DNA of 124,000 nt from Octopus vulgaris. Taxonomy: Eukaryota. Position 1 is the first letter of the stretch. Every line of letters starts with the position of its first letter. The position numbers and the translations under genes were made by a program. Where the stretch lies: positions 169,280,001 to 169,404,000 of the forward strand of contig OX597814.1 of NCBI GenBank assembly GCA_951406725.2, read 5' to 3'. The notes under the pieces were generated by a model. The model did no database searches, had not been told where the DNA came from, and was given only the letters and a program-made list of their open reading frames with translations. Positions 1-14,958 of this stretch are shown piece by piece.

Positions 1-239
1 TCTCTAGTAGATGAACAGGGGCACGAATTGATCGAGCTAAGTAAAATGTGTGAGGCCTTAAATGGACGGACGGCATGACATCTTTCATCACTGTCTGATG
101 GCACCTACACATGTCAAAGTAGCGCTACATCAGTTCAACTGATTAAACTGGAACATCTCATCTCGGATCAATACAAATTTCATCTGAGACCATCGATACT
201 TGAGGATCCTGAGCTGCTTCCACTGTGGCTCGTTCGCCT

Positions 240-1300
240 GATAGATCTGGAATACGCGGTGTATATACATCATCATCACATTTATCGTCCGTCCATGTCT
301 CGGTTCTATACGTATTGACTAGAGGATAGCTGAGGGACTGCACCAGCACCATGGCACTGCTGGAGCGTGTCTGCATACCAACCACGTCATAGTGTCTAGC
401 CACGAGCACATTGGTCGGCGAGACACTGAACTACAAGCAAAAAAAATCAACGGGAAGAGTCAAGGCTTGACTAGGCACTGGAAAACCACATCAAGCGCCT
501 CGTGTGCCGGACCAAGACTGTTGGTGGAAGAGAGTTGTAGTGGTCGGAGTGGCAATGGGCGAGTGGTCGCACAACATTGCGTCCATCTACTATCTTCGCC
601 TTGCGTCCCGATTATTTTCTTGTGGAAAGGATGCGTCACAAAAGCGATCCATTTGCTGTGCGTGAGCTGTTCTGTCAGACTGAGACCCATCTAGCACTGT
701 AGACGGGTGAACAGTGTGGTCGCCGTTTGTGACACCTTCCCGCAGCTCGTCTCCAGCTGCAGTCTGGATCAAAAAGAGGCCGAGGAAGGGCGAATGGCAT
801 GGCCGCGTTGTCGTAAGTGACTTCAACACAACCAAAGCATTCTATAGTTAGTGGGGAGTCGGGGCGAACCTGGACGTCGGAGGAGTACCTGACCCGCCGG
901 AGGACGACTTTCGGGCCAGGGCCCAACTCAGAGATCTGGCCTGGCAGTGCTAGAAGCGCCGAGCTCTACAGACACGGCTCGAGAAACGGGGCCGACCTGC
1001 CCGAGATGCGGTCAGAGCCGAAAGCAACGGACCGCCTGTGGGCTTATGTCGAACAACTGCTGTCACGTGTGGGACGAGTCGGTTTATCAGCTGAGTCTAT
1101 CGTCAATATTGTCACGCCTCCTTCCTTCAAACGGGAAGGAAGAGCTATTTTCATCATCCTTGTGGCTATGGCGAAAGAATGTATCTGGTGGACGCGTTCT
1201 GAAAGGATTGGAGCAAACACTTCCTCTCTGGTCAATCTCTCATCAAACTTGTACCATTTGAAAAGAAACTGAGTAGGCAAGTTCCAAATTTTAGAAAGAT
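240..1300 (+). pseudogene. Decayed Tx1/L1-like non-LTR retrotransposon, RT C-terminal part and zf-RVT region
   Basis: Frameshifted pieces (TCPRCGQS zinc-finger start; RLWAYVEQLLSRVGRV; LVAMAKECIWWTR) align by eye with the copies at 53870-55330 and 115813-116260; many small deletions. Confidence 0.75.
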
Positions 1301-2499
1301 GGGTGAATGTAGCAAGAATCACGTATGAATGACGAAGCCACCAGCATAGTCCTATGAACCCAGAAATCGAAAACAGAGAGTTGCTTATTTGCAAAAAAAA
1401 AAAAATCATCATAAAATGTGACTTCATTGACCGAGGTTACCGTGGTCTTTCCCCTTCTCTTCTTTTTCTTTTACATTCATACATTATATATATATATTTA
1501 TATATTTATTTTTTTTTTTTTGACCCCTTTCTTTTTTACGATCCTTAAACTCCCCTTACTTTTTTTTAATAAGCTCTACCTTGTAATTTGTTCTATCTGT
1601 GTGCAGCCCTGTGTGGCTAAAAAGAAACATATCTATATATCTATCTATCTATCTATCTATAACTATCTATCTATCATATTTTGTCTCTTTATTTTGTCTC
1701 TCATTACACACCTATACACAGCCATGGTTGCTTGCTTATCTTTATCTCTCTCTATCAAGTGTTTGTATATATAAATGGTCCACCATATTGGACGGTTCTG
1801 TCTGGGATCTATGCAAATCAATCAGTTCCAGTCTGTCTACCTGTCTGCTGCTATCCCACTCTTAGTGTAGCTGCTTACCAGTTGTACATGCATCAGATGT
1901 AACACTTATATATATAATTTTTAATAAGTAATTTAAAAAACTGATAAATATATGTTTTAAAAGTGTATAATCTCAATAAAAGTTTTCAACTTTCTCTTCA
2001 GAGTAATGATGCATAATTAAAGACATATAATTTATTTGTTTCACATACTGTGTAAGCAATCATTTTGAAAAAAGCATATTAAAATATTAGTGTTAAAACA
2101 AACAGAAGGTTCTCACAGAACAAACATACACTGCATCTACCTACAACAAGTTATTAAAAATCCAAATACTATATATAACAGATTTAGTGACTTACATAAG
2201 ATCATCTCGCTGAATAAGAGATATAAAACTACAATTCATTACGTACTTGAGCAGATATTATCTTGGCAAATATACAATACTAGATTATATCTTTTATTTA
2301 TCCATTCACATTATATATGGTATGTTTATAATATATTATTTATTATAAACATATATATTTTTTCTTATACATTTATATATATATATATATATTATATATA
2401 TTTACTGTGTTTGTCCCATCACTTCTGCTATGTATATAGCTAAGTATAGCGATAGAATCACACAGATATGGGACATTTATTACTAATAGTGAATATGTG

Positions 2500-2609
2500 T
2501 GTGGTATCATATGACTGAAAGTATAGTAGACATATATATTATTGTATATGTATATATATGTATATATATATATTTTTTTTATATATATATATATTTGTTG
2601 TTGTATATA

Positions 2610-2670
<61 letters not shown>

Positions 2671-3093
2671 AAACATATAAATAAACACACAGAGAAATAT
2701 AACATAAAAAAAGAAAAAGAGAAAAAAAAAAAAAAAAAAATAAAAAAAAAAAAGAAAAAAAAAAGAAATGAAAAAAAAAAAAATAATATAAAAATAAATA
2801 TAATAAAAGAAAAAAAAAAAGGGATAAAATAAAAATAGGAGAGGGAAGGGAGAAAGGAAATATAAGAGAAAAGAGTGGATAAATAAGAAAGAATAAGAAA
2901 GGCAAAAAAATAGAATAAATAAAAAAATAAAAAAAAAAAAAAAAAAAAAAAAGCAAAAAAAGAAGAAAAAAAGAAAAGAAAAAAAGGGTGATGAAAAAAA
3001 AAAAAAAAAAAGTAAAAAAAAAAAAAAAAAGAAAAGGAAATGACAAACAAAAAAAAAAAAAAATAAATACAAACAAAAACAAAAAAAAAAACA

Positions 3094-3128
<35 letters not shown>

Positions 3129-3379
3129 CTAAAACATAAAATAAAAATAATACATATATAAAACAAACACACACACACACACCAAAACACACATAACACA
3201 AAAAAAAAAAACAAATAACACAAAAAAAAACCAAACAACAAACACAACAACACAACAAAACAAAAAACCACAATATATAATATATAATAATAAATATAAA
3301 AATAAATAATATACATAAAAATATAAATATAATATACATATAATAATATATACACACACAACACAATAATATACACAAA

Positions 3380-3435
<56 letters not shown>

Positions 3436-3450
3436 ATATATGTATGTATG

Positions 3451-3483
<33 letters not shown>

Positions 3484-3520
3484 ATATGTATGTATGTATA
3501 TATATATATATATGTGTATG

Positions 3521-3582
<62 letters not shown>

Positions 3583-3600
3583 CACACACACACACCCCAT
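2500..3600. repeat. (TA)n, poly-A-rich low-complexity block and (TATG)n microsatellites
   Basis: Direct inspection; long irregular A runs at about 2690-3360. Confidence 0.95.
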
Positions 3601-3954
3601 TCATACATAACCTTAAATATGTATTTACATATGTATATGTGAATATACTTGTGTGTGTGTGTGTGTCTGTCTGTCACTCTGCTTGTAATGTTTCTCCAGA
3701 ACCAATATAGGTTAACTTTATTGATAATATGTAATATACAAAATATGAAAAAGGAATATATGTGTCATGTTAAAATTTTGCTCTTTTTAGATATACTTTC
3801 ATGCAGACACAAAAACACTCATCTATATACACATAGATACATGTGCACTCACATGCGTGTCTGCTCATATGCATGTGTATATTCCAATTATATTCCAAGT
3901 ATATATGTGTAGAGAAACATATAACTGTTATGTGTATGTGTGAATATCTGTATG

Positions 3955-4006
<52 letters not shown>

Positions 4007-4027
4007 GTGTGTATGTATGTATGTATG

Positions 4028-4058
<31 letters not shown>

Positions 4059-4494
4059 GTATATATATATATATATAATAAATAGATGAGTGTATTTTTA
4101 CCTTGTTAACAATTAACATGAAAAAAAAAAAAAAAATAGTTACCAGGGCAGCAAAAATCTCACAAGTAAAGGTGTTGTAACTCCTTGTTTATAAAGGTAG
4201 AAACTTCGTGTTTACGTTGAATATTAATAGCGTTCTGTCAATCGCTATACAAATCCATCATTTTTTGCTAAAGTGTCTTATTCACGAGTTTCGTTTTTTT
4301 CACTTTCCTGAGGAGAAGATTGCATTGTTTATACCATTTATTCTTTTGAATAGTATCAGTGGAATTTCGAAACATATGTCGAAAGTAAAAATATTTGATT
4401 ACACCTGCGTTAAATTCCATTTATTTATTCATATATATATATATATATATTTAGCTGCACTTTTACAATGACTTATATTCATGTGTTATTACTC

Positions 4495-4910
4495 TTTTAC
4501 TCTTACTTGCTTCAGTCATTTGACTGTGGCCATACTGGAGCACTGCCTTTAGTCAAGCAAATCGACCCCAAGACTTATTCTTTGTATGTCTAGTACTTAT
4601 TCTATTGGTCTCTTTTGCCGAACCACTAAGTTACAGGGACATAAACACACAAATATTGGTGGTCAAGCGATGTTGAGGGGACAAACACAGACACACAAAC
4701 ATATACACACATATACATACATATACATATATATATATATATACATATATACAACGAGCTTCTTTCAGTTTCCGTCTTCCAAATCTACTCACAAGACTTT
4801 GGTCAGCCTGAGGCTATAGTGACACTTGCCCAAGGTGCCACGCAGGGGGACTGAACCCAGAACCATGTGGTTCGTAGCAAGCTACTAATCACACAGCCAC
4901 TCCTACACCC
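4495..4910 (-). mobile_element. SINE family A copy (head GGCTGTGTGGTAAG, internal TA tract, GTAAAAGAG tail)
   Basis: Matches the many other copies, e.g. 62930-63314 and 92803-93201. Confidence 0.85.
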
Positions 4911-5769
4911 ATATTCTTTATATTTTGTATTTTGTATTGCAATTAGTAAATAATGGCTCCATTGATCACAGGTTTCCAAAATGTCAATCACTGGTCAATG
5001 GTTCATTGCATTTCTGATGAAGAGAATGGCGCAGTAATATCTGTGTAACTAGGGGCAGAGTAAATATCACAAGGGACTGCATTAGAAATACATTCTTTTT
5101 CCATGTCTTTTGCTAATGCCTACTTACATCTGTAACTGATAAACTGATAGACATTGAAAAATGCATACAGAAAGGACAGGCATACATATTAGGTCTGACT
5201 GTGTCATTGAGAAGTATATATATATGTGTGTGTGTATGTATGTATGTATGTATGTATGTATATATATAAATATACACATACATACATACACACAAACATG
5301 CATACATACATACATACATACATATATATATATAAATAATATATAAATATATGCATATATACATACACATATGTACATACCTACATATATATGTATATAT
5401 ACATGCATATATGGGTACAGGATATCAAAAAAGCTTTGAACGCAATGAGAAACAAAAACATAAAAACCAACTCTTTTTTGAACAATGAAAAAAACAAACT
5501 GGGAAACAAGACATGCAACATAAAAGAATATTTTCCTGCTTCAGTTGTCCCTGTTTCATCTACTCCACGTTTCGAAGGCAAGGACAATACGCAACTTCGT
5601 TGAAACAGTCCTTCCCACAAAACAAATTAAATTAAATTTGGGATTTGTTGCAGAGGATGAAAGTGCTAACAAGAACAGGACAGTGAGAAAAAATCTCAAA
5701 TTTTCCAGCCTTTTTTGTATGATGTGGTGAATGCACTATTTGCCTTGTCTAATTTATTGTTGACTTTTT

Positions 5770-6030
5770 TTCTCAATTTTGGCATCTGATGAGGAGGCGT
5801 ACCCTAGGTAGGTGAACTGTTTGACTCTCTTTAGTCCATTCTTCCTGATGTTGATGTGAGGTGGGTAATATTCTTGCTGTGGTGTGGGTTGATGGAGGAT
5901 TTTTGTTTTCTTTAAACTAACTTCTAGGCCAAAGTGCCTGGCAAAGCAAGAAGTAATGCATTGCAGGCCTATCTCTGTGTGGGAAATAAGGGCAGCAGTA
6001 TTGGCTATTTGCAACATCAGTGACTGAAAA
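5770..6030 (-). pseudogene. RTE/BovB-like reverse transcriptase fragment
   Basis: Translation ...FGLEVSLKKTKILHQPTPQ...VKQFTYLG, typical of the RTE-clade RT C-terminal subdomains. Confidence 0.75.
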
Positions 6031-7892
6031 GTCACTGTTATTCTATATATATATCATTGGTAGTGACATTTGGCTGGTATGTGGCAAGCAGATCCCTGCC
6101 ACTGAGGAAGTGCAGTATGCTAAAATCACATGATCATACAGTTCTGGCACTCATACCAGATGATTCTCATCAGTTAACATAATATGTCTGTGCTCTTAGC
6201 ACCATACATCCATATGAGATCTCTCAAGGTGAGTGCTACAGTAGTTGGTATTCTAATAATACATCTTCATTAAATAGGAGATAAAAATTGCCACATGCAC
6301 ACACACACACACGCACACACATGATAGGATATTTTTAGTTTCCTTCTACCAAATCTACTCATAAAGCTTTAGTTGGACCAAGGCTATAGTAAAAGACATT
6401 TGTCGAAGGTGCTGCCATGCAGTGAATCTGAACCTGAAACCACAATGTCTTGAGGTGAGTTTCTTAACCACACAGTCATGCTTGCGCCTTGTAAAATCTG
6501 AAAGGAATTAACTAAAGCACTGAAATATCAGATGATACAGAAATTCTACAAATCCAAAACACACTACACACTCATCCTTATGAAAATAAGAAGGGGGAAA
6601 AAAAAAACTAAATAAATAAAACAAATAGGTACACACACACACACACTCACACACATTCACATACACCAAGCCAAATTGCCCTGTAAAACCAAACAAAAAA
6701 AAAAAAAAAGAAAAAATGTTCTTCAATAGCCAAATAGTTTCTATTGATATCCAGACACACAGTAATGAATTCTATTGATTGATCTTTTGACTGTCTTTAT
6801 AACTATCAATCATTGTATTGTATTTGATATTATCCAAATAGATACTGCCGCTCGTGGTTTTGTTTGCAATTGGTTTCATTTCTTTTCAATGTTTTCATTC
6901 TTTTTCTTTAAACCCTTTTAATACCAACCTGCCTGGTTCTTTAATAAAACCTTCTTGTTCTAAAGTAATCTAAATTAAAGCCTTTTATTGAAATTTCATG
7001 TCAATTATGTCTCAAACATCAGCTTAATTATGACTAAGTTATTTTATGAAATTCTTTATTATCGAAATTTGTTTAAAGAAATAAAATATATTACTACATG
7101 AATTTTGCAACAAAAGTGTGAAAGAATGATCTAGAATCAGATGATCCTTGCTGCTCAAATGCAGTGTGACTCAAGATAGGTAGACTTTCTAAGCTTTCTA
7201 CTATAGGTTTTTGCAGTCGTTTTCATACGTTTGTCATTCAATTTGATAATCGGGTCATTCAAAGTTGCGAAAAAATTATCGGAGAGTAAAAGAGTAAAAG
7301 AGTAAAAAAAAGCCATGAAGTTAGACATTCAAATTAATTTTTCGATCATTCAATTTCGCACTTTGGTCATATAATTTAGCATTTACATCATTCAAATTAA
7401 AATGCCCACCGGGAACATTCAAATTAGTCAGAATGTAAGGAAGTATCTTCTTGAGCCTTCAAATTCATTTTGGAACAATCTATTTAACACTTCAAGCAAT
7501 CAAATTAGCATGATAGCCATTTTGGCTTTATCTCATAATCATTGTTATCATAATCATGTGTTTTCATCTACTATTTATGCTTTAAGCTCATATCTTTTCT
7601 ACATATTCTTTTATTTTTGCATAAGTACATGTATTTATAGTTAAGGACTTCATGAAATCACATTCAAGCCTTTACAATTTTTTAAAGAAACTCACAATTA
7701 CAACAAATGCTCATTTTCTTTGGTTTTGAATACATTGTGTTGTGAAATGTGTTCTTCCTTTGCATAATATGTCTTGCTGGGAAAAGTATATATTTCTTTG
7801 ATTTTGCATTCTTTCTTTCATTGTGGAAAGGGTGCTATGCACACTAAAATAATGATTGATATACATTTTTGATAAGGAGAGTTTGAGAGAAT

Positions 7893-8290
7893 TTAGCCAT
7901 CTATTTTCTGGTGGTTGAGGCATCTCAGGAGTTAGGTCTGGGTGTCTCTATACCAACAAACACGATTTTCTGGAGTGATAGCGTTGATGTTACACCTTGC
8001 AACCTGTTGTACGACATGTGCTTGCCATTCTTCCATGGTCTAGTCAGCTTCTTCTGGAGCTGCCCAGTTACCAACCTTTTGCTGCAACTCAGCTTGAGTG
8101 AGGTCCCATTTCATGGCCGCCTTAAAGGCAGAATGTGCCATTTCCTTACTATTAAGAAACAGCAAGTAGGGAGGAAAGAGTTTCAGACTGAGCCATGTGT
8201 TGGCATCAGCTGGGAGCTCGGCACAAATGTGAGAACATGTTGGCACATGCTCAAACTGTTTCTGCCAAGAACTCCTCGAAAGAATTTCAT
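7893..8290 (-). pseudogene. Decayed Tc1/IS630-like transposase C-terminus
   Basis: Minus-strand translation LKLFPPYLLFLNSKEMAHSAFKAAMK resembles the LPPYSPFLNPIE.AFS.WK motif, followed by NINAITPENRVCWYRDTQT*LLRCLNHQKIDG*; internal stops. Confidence 0.6.
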
Positions 8291-9354
8291 GTAATTGTAT
8301 TGTTCACAATGGAGTGGTGAACCAGGCAAATTGGAGACTGGTGCAGCCATCTGGTTCGCCAGTTCTCAGTCAAATCGTCCAACCCATGCTAACATGGAAA
8401 GCGGACGTTAAACGATGATGATGATGATGATGATGATGATGATCTCGTCTTCTTCACATGAAAAGATGCCTCATTATGATGGTCCATGGCATCATAACAA
8501 ACACGAGACTGACCTGCTAGAAACACCAGCAAAACCTCCTTCAATCATCTTAGTAAAAGAAAGCATTGTACAGTTGTTCTCGATACACAAACAGACGAGG
8601 TGGTCACTGCTGGACATCTATGATCACATAGGTCTGTTCATTTAAAATTTACTAGGGGGCTAAATAACCATGACAATAACAAAAATGATGACAATGATAG
8701 CCGCAACATCAGCAACAACAACAAGCACAGTGAGAAATTCCTTGCTGTAGAACATCCAGTAAACACTGAAATAAACTAGAGAACCTCCTGCTGCTTAGTT
8801 TATTCAATGTGTTGAAATGCCAAACCAATTTGCTATTCATTAACTTGCACTAGCTCCAAAGAACAATCCTACCAATTTAGAATTTCATGGATACAGGCTG
8901 GATTACAGTTTCTTGTATTTTCGGTATGTAATTATGTAGCTCTACCTCATCTGTTGCTATCAAATATATATAAATATATCTAAAAAAAAAAGGTAAAGAA
9001 AAACCAGAGGCCGTCACTGTATTTTATCAAATTTGTTTCTTAAGACTGATTAAATGTTTACTCTGGAACTTTGGAAAAAAATAATTTTGCAAAAAAAAAA
9101 AAAATTAGAAAAAATAAATTAGACTCTGGAGGATGAGGATAATGATATTGTGGATGAAGTGAGAGATGAGGGAAGCTCCTGTGACCTTTGCATCTTCCTA
9201 CCAAACTGTTGAAGTCAATGTGGTTGATGTTCGGAGTGAACTTCTGAAGATCATCATCATCATCATCATCACCACCATCAACACCATTACCACCACCACC
9301 ACCACCACCACCACCACCACCACCACCACCACAAAAACCACCACCACCACAAAA

Positions 9355-9385
<31 letters not shown>

Positions 9386-9587
9386 TCGTTTTTAATGTTC
9401 ATTTTTCCGAGCTTGCATAGGTCGGATGCAATTTGTTGAGATTGATCTATGGTTGGATGCCCTTCCTGTCACAAACCTTCGTCTGCATATGTATATGAAT
9501 ATGTATATATATATGTATATATATGTGTATATATGTATACATATGTGTATATATATATAAGCTGGCAACTTGGTCTGTCCACCACAG

Positions 9588-9624
<37 letters not shown>

Positions 9625-9632
9625 TATATACA

Positions 9633-9663
<31 letters not shown>

Positions 9664-9679
9664 GTATGTATTATATACA

Positions 9680-9710
<31 letters not shown>

Positions 9711-9736
9711 GTATATATACAAACATACATACATAT

Positions 9737-9788
<52 letters not shown>

Positions 9789-10087
9789 TGTGGTGGACAG
9801 ACCAAGTTGCCAGCTTGCCTGATAGCAAGTGGGCCTCTGCATCATTAGAATCCATATATGGGGGCCCATGTTAGTATCAAGTTTGAGAATTTTTTACTCA
9901 CTCCTGGAAGAATACATTAATTATTTCAGCCTGGCTGTGTTTGTAGACAGTTGAAAAGATTATTTTTAACAAAAAAAAAAAAATTAAATTATAGCATTGT
10001 AGTTGCGGGTGGGTCCCCTTAGTCTCCTGGCAACCAATGTTTTTAGACCTAGTCCGCCACTGTATACATAAGTGTGTGTATATACGA

Positions 10088-10139
<52 letters not shown>

Positions 10140-10559
10140 ATAGATATATATAGGTATATAGATATATAGATATATATATACACACACATATATATATACC
10201 ATACAGGGGAACCATCTCAAAAGGTTTTATTTTTTTTAAAGCCTGGTACTCATTTTGTTGGTCTCTTTTGTGGAACTGTTATGCTATGTGGACATAAACA
10301 AACTAACACCAGTTGTTAAGCTATGGTAAGGGACAAACACAAAGTCACATATCATCATCATCATCATCATCATCATCGTTTAACGTCCGTTTTCCGCGCT
10401 AGCACGGGTTGGACGGTTCGACCGGGGTCTGGGAAGCCAGGGGCCGCTCCAGGCTCCAGTCTGATTCTGGCAGAGTTTCTACGGCTGGATGCCCTTCCTA
10501 ACGCCAACCACTCCGTGAGTGGATTGGGTGCTTTTTACATATATATATATATATATATA

Positions 10560-10745
10560 TAGTTAATCCAAACAAGAAAGCACAAAAAAACACAACAATG
10601 CGAGGACGTGGAACAAATATAGTATTATTGGACACTCAGGAAAGAAGGAGGATTTAACGTTTCGAGCGGAGCTCTTCGTCGGAAACATAGGAGAAGGGAA
10701 GACAGATGAAAAAAAATCGCCAACGGTACACACGCGGTCACATTT
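10560..10745 (-). mobile_element. Penelope-like terminal fragment with hammerhead-like motif (10652-10686)
   Basis: Minus strand GTTT-CCGACGA-A-GAGC-TCC-GCTC-GAAACGT-T-AAAT; a relative at 123221-123262 has an intact CTGATGA. Confidence 0.55.
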
Positions 10746-13116
10746 ATATATATATTTATCTATGTATGTAGATGTCTATATATGTGTATGCTAGTGTAAA
10801 TTTTAATACTATGTATTGTTTTGGTGTTATCATGAGGTATACAGTATGTAAAATATTAACGATCTTCTGAGTTACTTTATTTCCCCCGAGGTATCAATCT
10901 ATATAAACCAGTGAAGATCAGCCAGAGACTTACATCGCTACATAGTCAACTTCAATATATTCTAGTCTGGTGAAGATTCTGAATGCAAATTCTGGCTAGG
11001 TGGAGTGATTGAGAGAGCTTTTAAAGTTGAGTTGTTTTATCTCTACCTGATAAAGAATAATATTTGAGCCGTCAAATTTATAAGTTTCAAGGATGGTTTT
11101 TCCCTTTAAGATATTAAAATGCCGCCAGAAATACAATAAAAGTTGTCTGCAAATATCTTTAGTACAATTTCATCATAATTTGACTAAGAATATGCTTGTG
11201 TATTGTGCTGTTATTTTTAATGTTATGGTGACCAGCCTGTGGTGGTATAGGTATTCAAACTATTTTGGTATTCTATTAGAATACCAAAATAGTTTGAACA
11301 CTACATTTCTCTAGAATTTATTAAAGCTGTTGCTATACCAAAGTCTAAGTATTTTAGTTCAATATTATTTCATTCTTGGCAATATCACATTAATTCCTCC
11401 TGCACCATATCTTGACTTTAACTGTTGTTAGGCTGTTATGAGGTACACATACTTTTGCTGGGCCAGAAAGGTGAGAAAATATTGTGAAAAGGCATTTGGT
11501 ATAGATCTCTCAATTTATCCATTTCTTACTTGTTTCAGTCAGACTGCAGCCATGCTGGGGCAACACCTTGAAGGATTTAGTCAAATAAACTGACACCAAG
11601 TACTTTTTGTTTCTCAAGTTTGGCACTTTTTGCCAAACTGCTGGGTTATGAGAACACAAACAAAGCAACACTGGTTGCCAAGTGGTGGTGGGGACAATCA
11701 TAAACACACATATTCACATGTGCACACACATATCATCATCATCATTACCACCACCACCACTACCACTACCACAACCACCAAAACCACCACCACAACCACA
11801 ACGACGACGACGACGACCACCACCACCACCACCACCATCACCACCATCATCATCATCATCATCATCATTTAACATCTGCTCTCCACATGTTGAGCTTCTT
11901 TCAATTTCTATCTACTAAATCCACTCACAGGCTTTGGTCAGCCCAAGGCTCTAGTAGAAGGTACTTGCCCAAGGTACCACACAATGGGACTGAATCCAGA
12001 ACCATGTGACTGGGAAGCAAACTTCTAATCACATAGCCACACCTGCACCTGTTTTCCTAATGTATCTTAAACAAGACATATTCACTGGCTATGGCCAAGC
12101 TGAAATACCACCTTCAAGGATATATTTACCAATTATACTCACTGTTCTCCCTCCCAATTCTTGTTGTATCAACTGGGACTTATTTTATCCACTTGAGAAA
12201 GATGATTTATCAGTTTGGGTCTGCATGGGATTTGAACTCAGAACATAAATGTTGTAACTAAAACCCTCGAAGTATTTAATTCTATAAATTATCGATTCTG
12301 CTATCTGTCTACCTTAATTAAATCTTTTTTTCATATTAAATAATAAGTAAATGCGCCCTTTTAAAGCCTAGTCAGGCTCATGGGCCCGGTTTCCTGGTTT
12401 CTATGGCGTATGTGTTCCTCAGCTGGATGGGACGCCATAACCACTAAGCCACGCACCTCCACTTTTCTTTTTACATATTACTGTTTCTTTTCCTTTTAAT
12501 TACCATCTACCTGTGCACCTATAAAATATAATGTAGACATCAAATATTTTCATATTATGACAGGCTATAGAGACAAGCACAAAATGTGTGTTCAGATGAG
12601 TATAACCTTCTGATGAGAAAAACAAAAATGTACTGATAGGAAATTAGATTACATGGAATATATTTTCTTCGTTTTCTCCAAGTGCCAGCCAGAATTGGAA
12701 TCCTGTCATGTCGGCTTGAATGCCCTATCTTGTAATAACAATGAAGGACAGGTTATAAATCAAAATGTGACTTTCACACTTCCTGTTAGCTATCAAAGCA
12801 ACAGTAAGATAGAAAGTTATGAAAATTGAAGCTGGCCTTCCGACATTATGCCAATGTCCAGAACATTCTACTGCATTCCACCATCATCCATTCTGCCTGT
12901 TAATCGTCGCTAACCATAGCCAAATATATCATTAAAGAGCACTGAGTATAAATGAGAATATCATATTGCTAACATCATAGAATAGAACACTACGTTTTTT
13001 TATATATATTTATATACCGCCACTTGATATGTGTGTATGCATGTGTATGTGAGTAAGAAGGTATTAGTGTATATGTGTGGAAATACAAGCATACATCATA
13101 CATAGACACATATTTA

Positions 13117-13225
13117 CATACATACTCTCTCACATTCGCTGCTACAAATACATACATACTCTCTCACATTCGCTGCTACAAATACATACATACTCTCTCA
13201 CATTCGCTGCTACAAATACATACAT
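13117..13225. repeat. 34-bp tandem repeat, 3 copies
   Basis: CATACATACTCTCTCACATTCGCTGCTACAAATA starting at 13117, 13151 and 13185. Confidence 0.9.
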
Positions 13226-13319
13226 CTAAACCTCAGTACTAAGACAGAAGTTGAAGAGTATGGTGAAGTTTGGATTGACAGATTGTGCAGGAAGAGAAAA
13301 ATTTAAAGAAAGAGATAAC

Positions 13320-13324
<5 letters not shown>

Positions 13325-13358
<34 letters not shown>

Positions 13359-14110
13359 AATTATTGTATACAGTGCTCAGGTGCACCACAACTTGTCAAA
13401 AGTGCGTATAAAGCATACGCAGTAATGTACAAATGTCTGGGAAGTGAGCAGTGTATGAGTCAGATACATGCTTGCATGTGTATGGAGGGGAGAAAATCAG
13501 GTGTAGTGTTGGTGAATCTCAGGAAGCATGGAAGTTTTGAAGGATGCAGTGCTCCGACAACTAACAACTGACGTCAGCAGTTTGCTCCATTCTTCAGTAA
13601 CTCTTAGTGTGAAAAAATGTTTCCGAAAGTCATGGGAGCTGTGCTGTTTTCTGACTTTGTAAACATGTCCACGGGTGTTAGACAGGTGAAGTTTGAAAAG
13701 GTGCTCAGAGTTATTGTTAGTAAGATGGTTAATAATTTTATGGGTGCCTGCGAAGTCAGCTGCCAGACGTCAGAGTTTCAATGTGTCCATGCCCAGGGAT
13801 GTAAGGCATTCAGAATATGGCAAATGCCTGATGGAGGGTATTCTCTTGGTTGCATGTCACTGAACGGTTTCCAGACGATTAATATCCTGGGCATATATCG
13901 AAGGTGAGAGCAGCGAATTCCCAAAATTCTTCAGAATTAACATTTCCAGAATATTCCAAGGAAGAATGATTGGTAACAATATTCATGGAGTTTTTAGAGA
14001 CTATGTTGATGTGGTTACCATAGTATAGGTTCCATATTTCAATGTGAGTTGAAGTGGCAGAATTGCTTTATCTTAGATGAACCTGGGATTTGAAACTTCT
14101 GGTAAGAACT
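13325..14110 (-). pseudogene. CR1/L2-type LINE 3' fragment with (ATT)n tail
   Basis: Minus-strand NTRGHVYKVRKQHSSHDFRKHFFTLRVTEEWSKL...SFK is the classic CR1 RT C-terminus; ends in a TAA-repeat tail; short 3'-end copy at about 16437-16490. Confidence 0.8.
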
Positions 14111-14958
14111 GTACTGTGGGCAAGTTTGAGAGAGCAGCTTGCATTCTACTCAGAATAGGGGTCTGTGTAGAATATAGTGCTTGACTGGAATCAGTATGGG
14201 CACCAACATCACCATCATCATCATCATCATTATCCTCATCACTTTTTTGTTTAGTACCAGGTCAATTAGATTGAGCTGATCTATGGTTAAAAGAGTTATG
14301 ATCGTAACCATCTCATTTTCCGTAGCATTATGTATTTTATTAACAATCAGCAGAAGCTACAAAATGACTCAAGGGCCAAGGGTTTCATGTGTTGGCATTT
14401 ACCTGGAACTAAGTTATCTCATTTGTCCTTCATTTGTATGTAGTTTGAAGAAGATATGGCTGGCTGCTATTTCTAGCTGGTCAGGTGATTAAGTAGAGGC
14501 TTCCGTCTGTGCCCAATTGAACATTTGGTTGTTGCCAACTTTGACTGATCACAATTATAATGAAAGACTTTCCAGTTATGACAGTTTGTATGATGATGGT
14601 GATGATGACAACATGTGTGATTAAGTACATTAACATGTGTGTTTGAATTTGTGTATGTATGTATCTATGGGTGTATATAATAATCACCTCATGGTAAGGT
14701 CACAAGAGGAAGCTATGTGAAACTCACATACATGTATCTTTTATCTTTTACTCATTTCATGCTGGGGCATTGCCTTGAAGGGCTTAGTCAAACAAATTGA
14801 CCCTAGTACTTATTTTCTTCTTTTTCAGCCTGGTATCTATTCTATCAGTATCTTTTGCTGAACCACTATGTTATGGGGACATAAACAAACCAACACTCAT
14901 TGTCAAGTGGTGGTCACACACACACAAACACACACACATTTATATATATATATATACA

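Noticed and set aside
2373-3677. Long ORFs of 180-350 aa (FFFF/IYIY-rich)
   Set aside because: Translations of poly-A and (TA)n low-complexity DNA; the irregular A runs may include sequencing or assembly error
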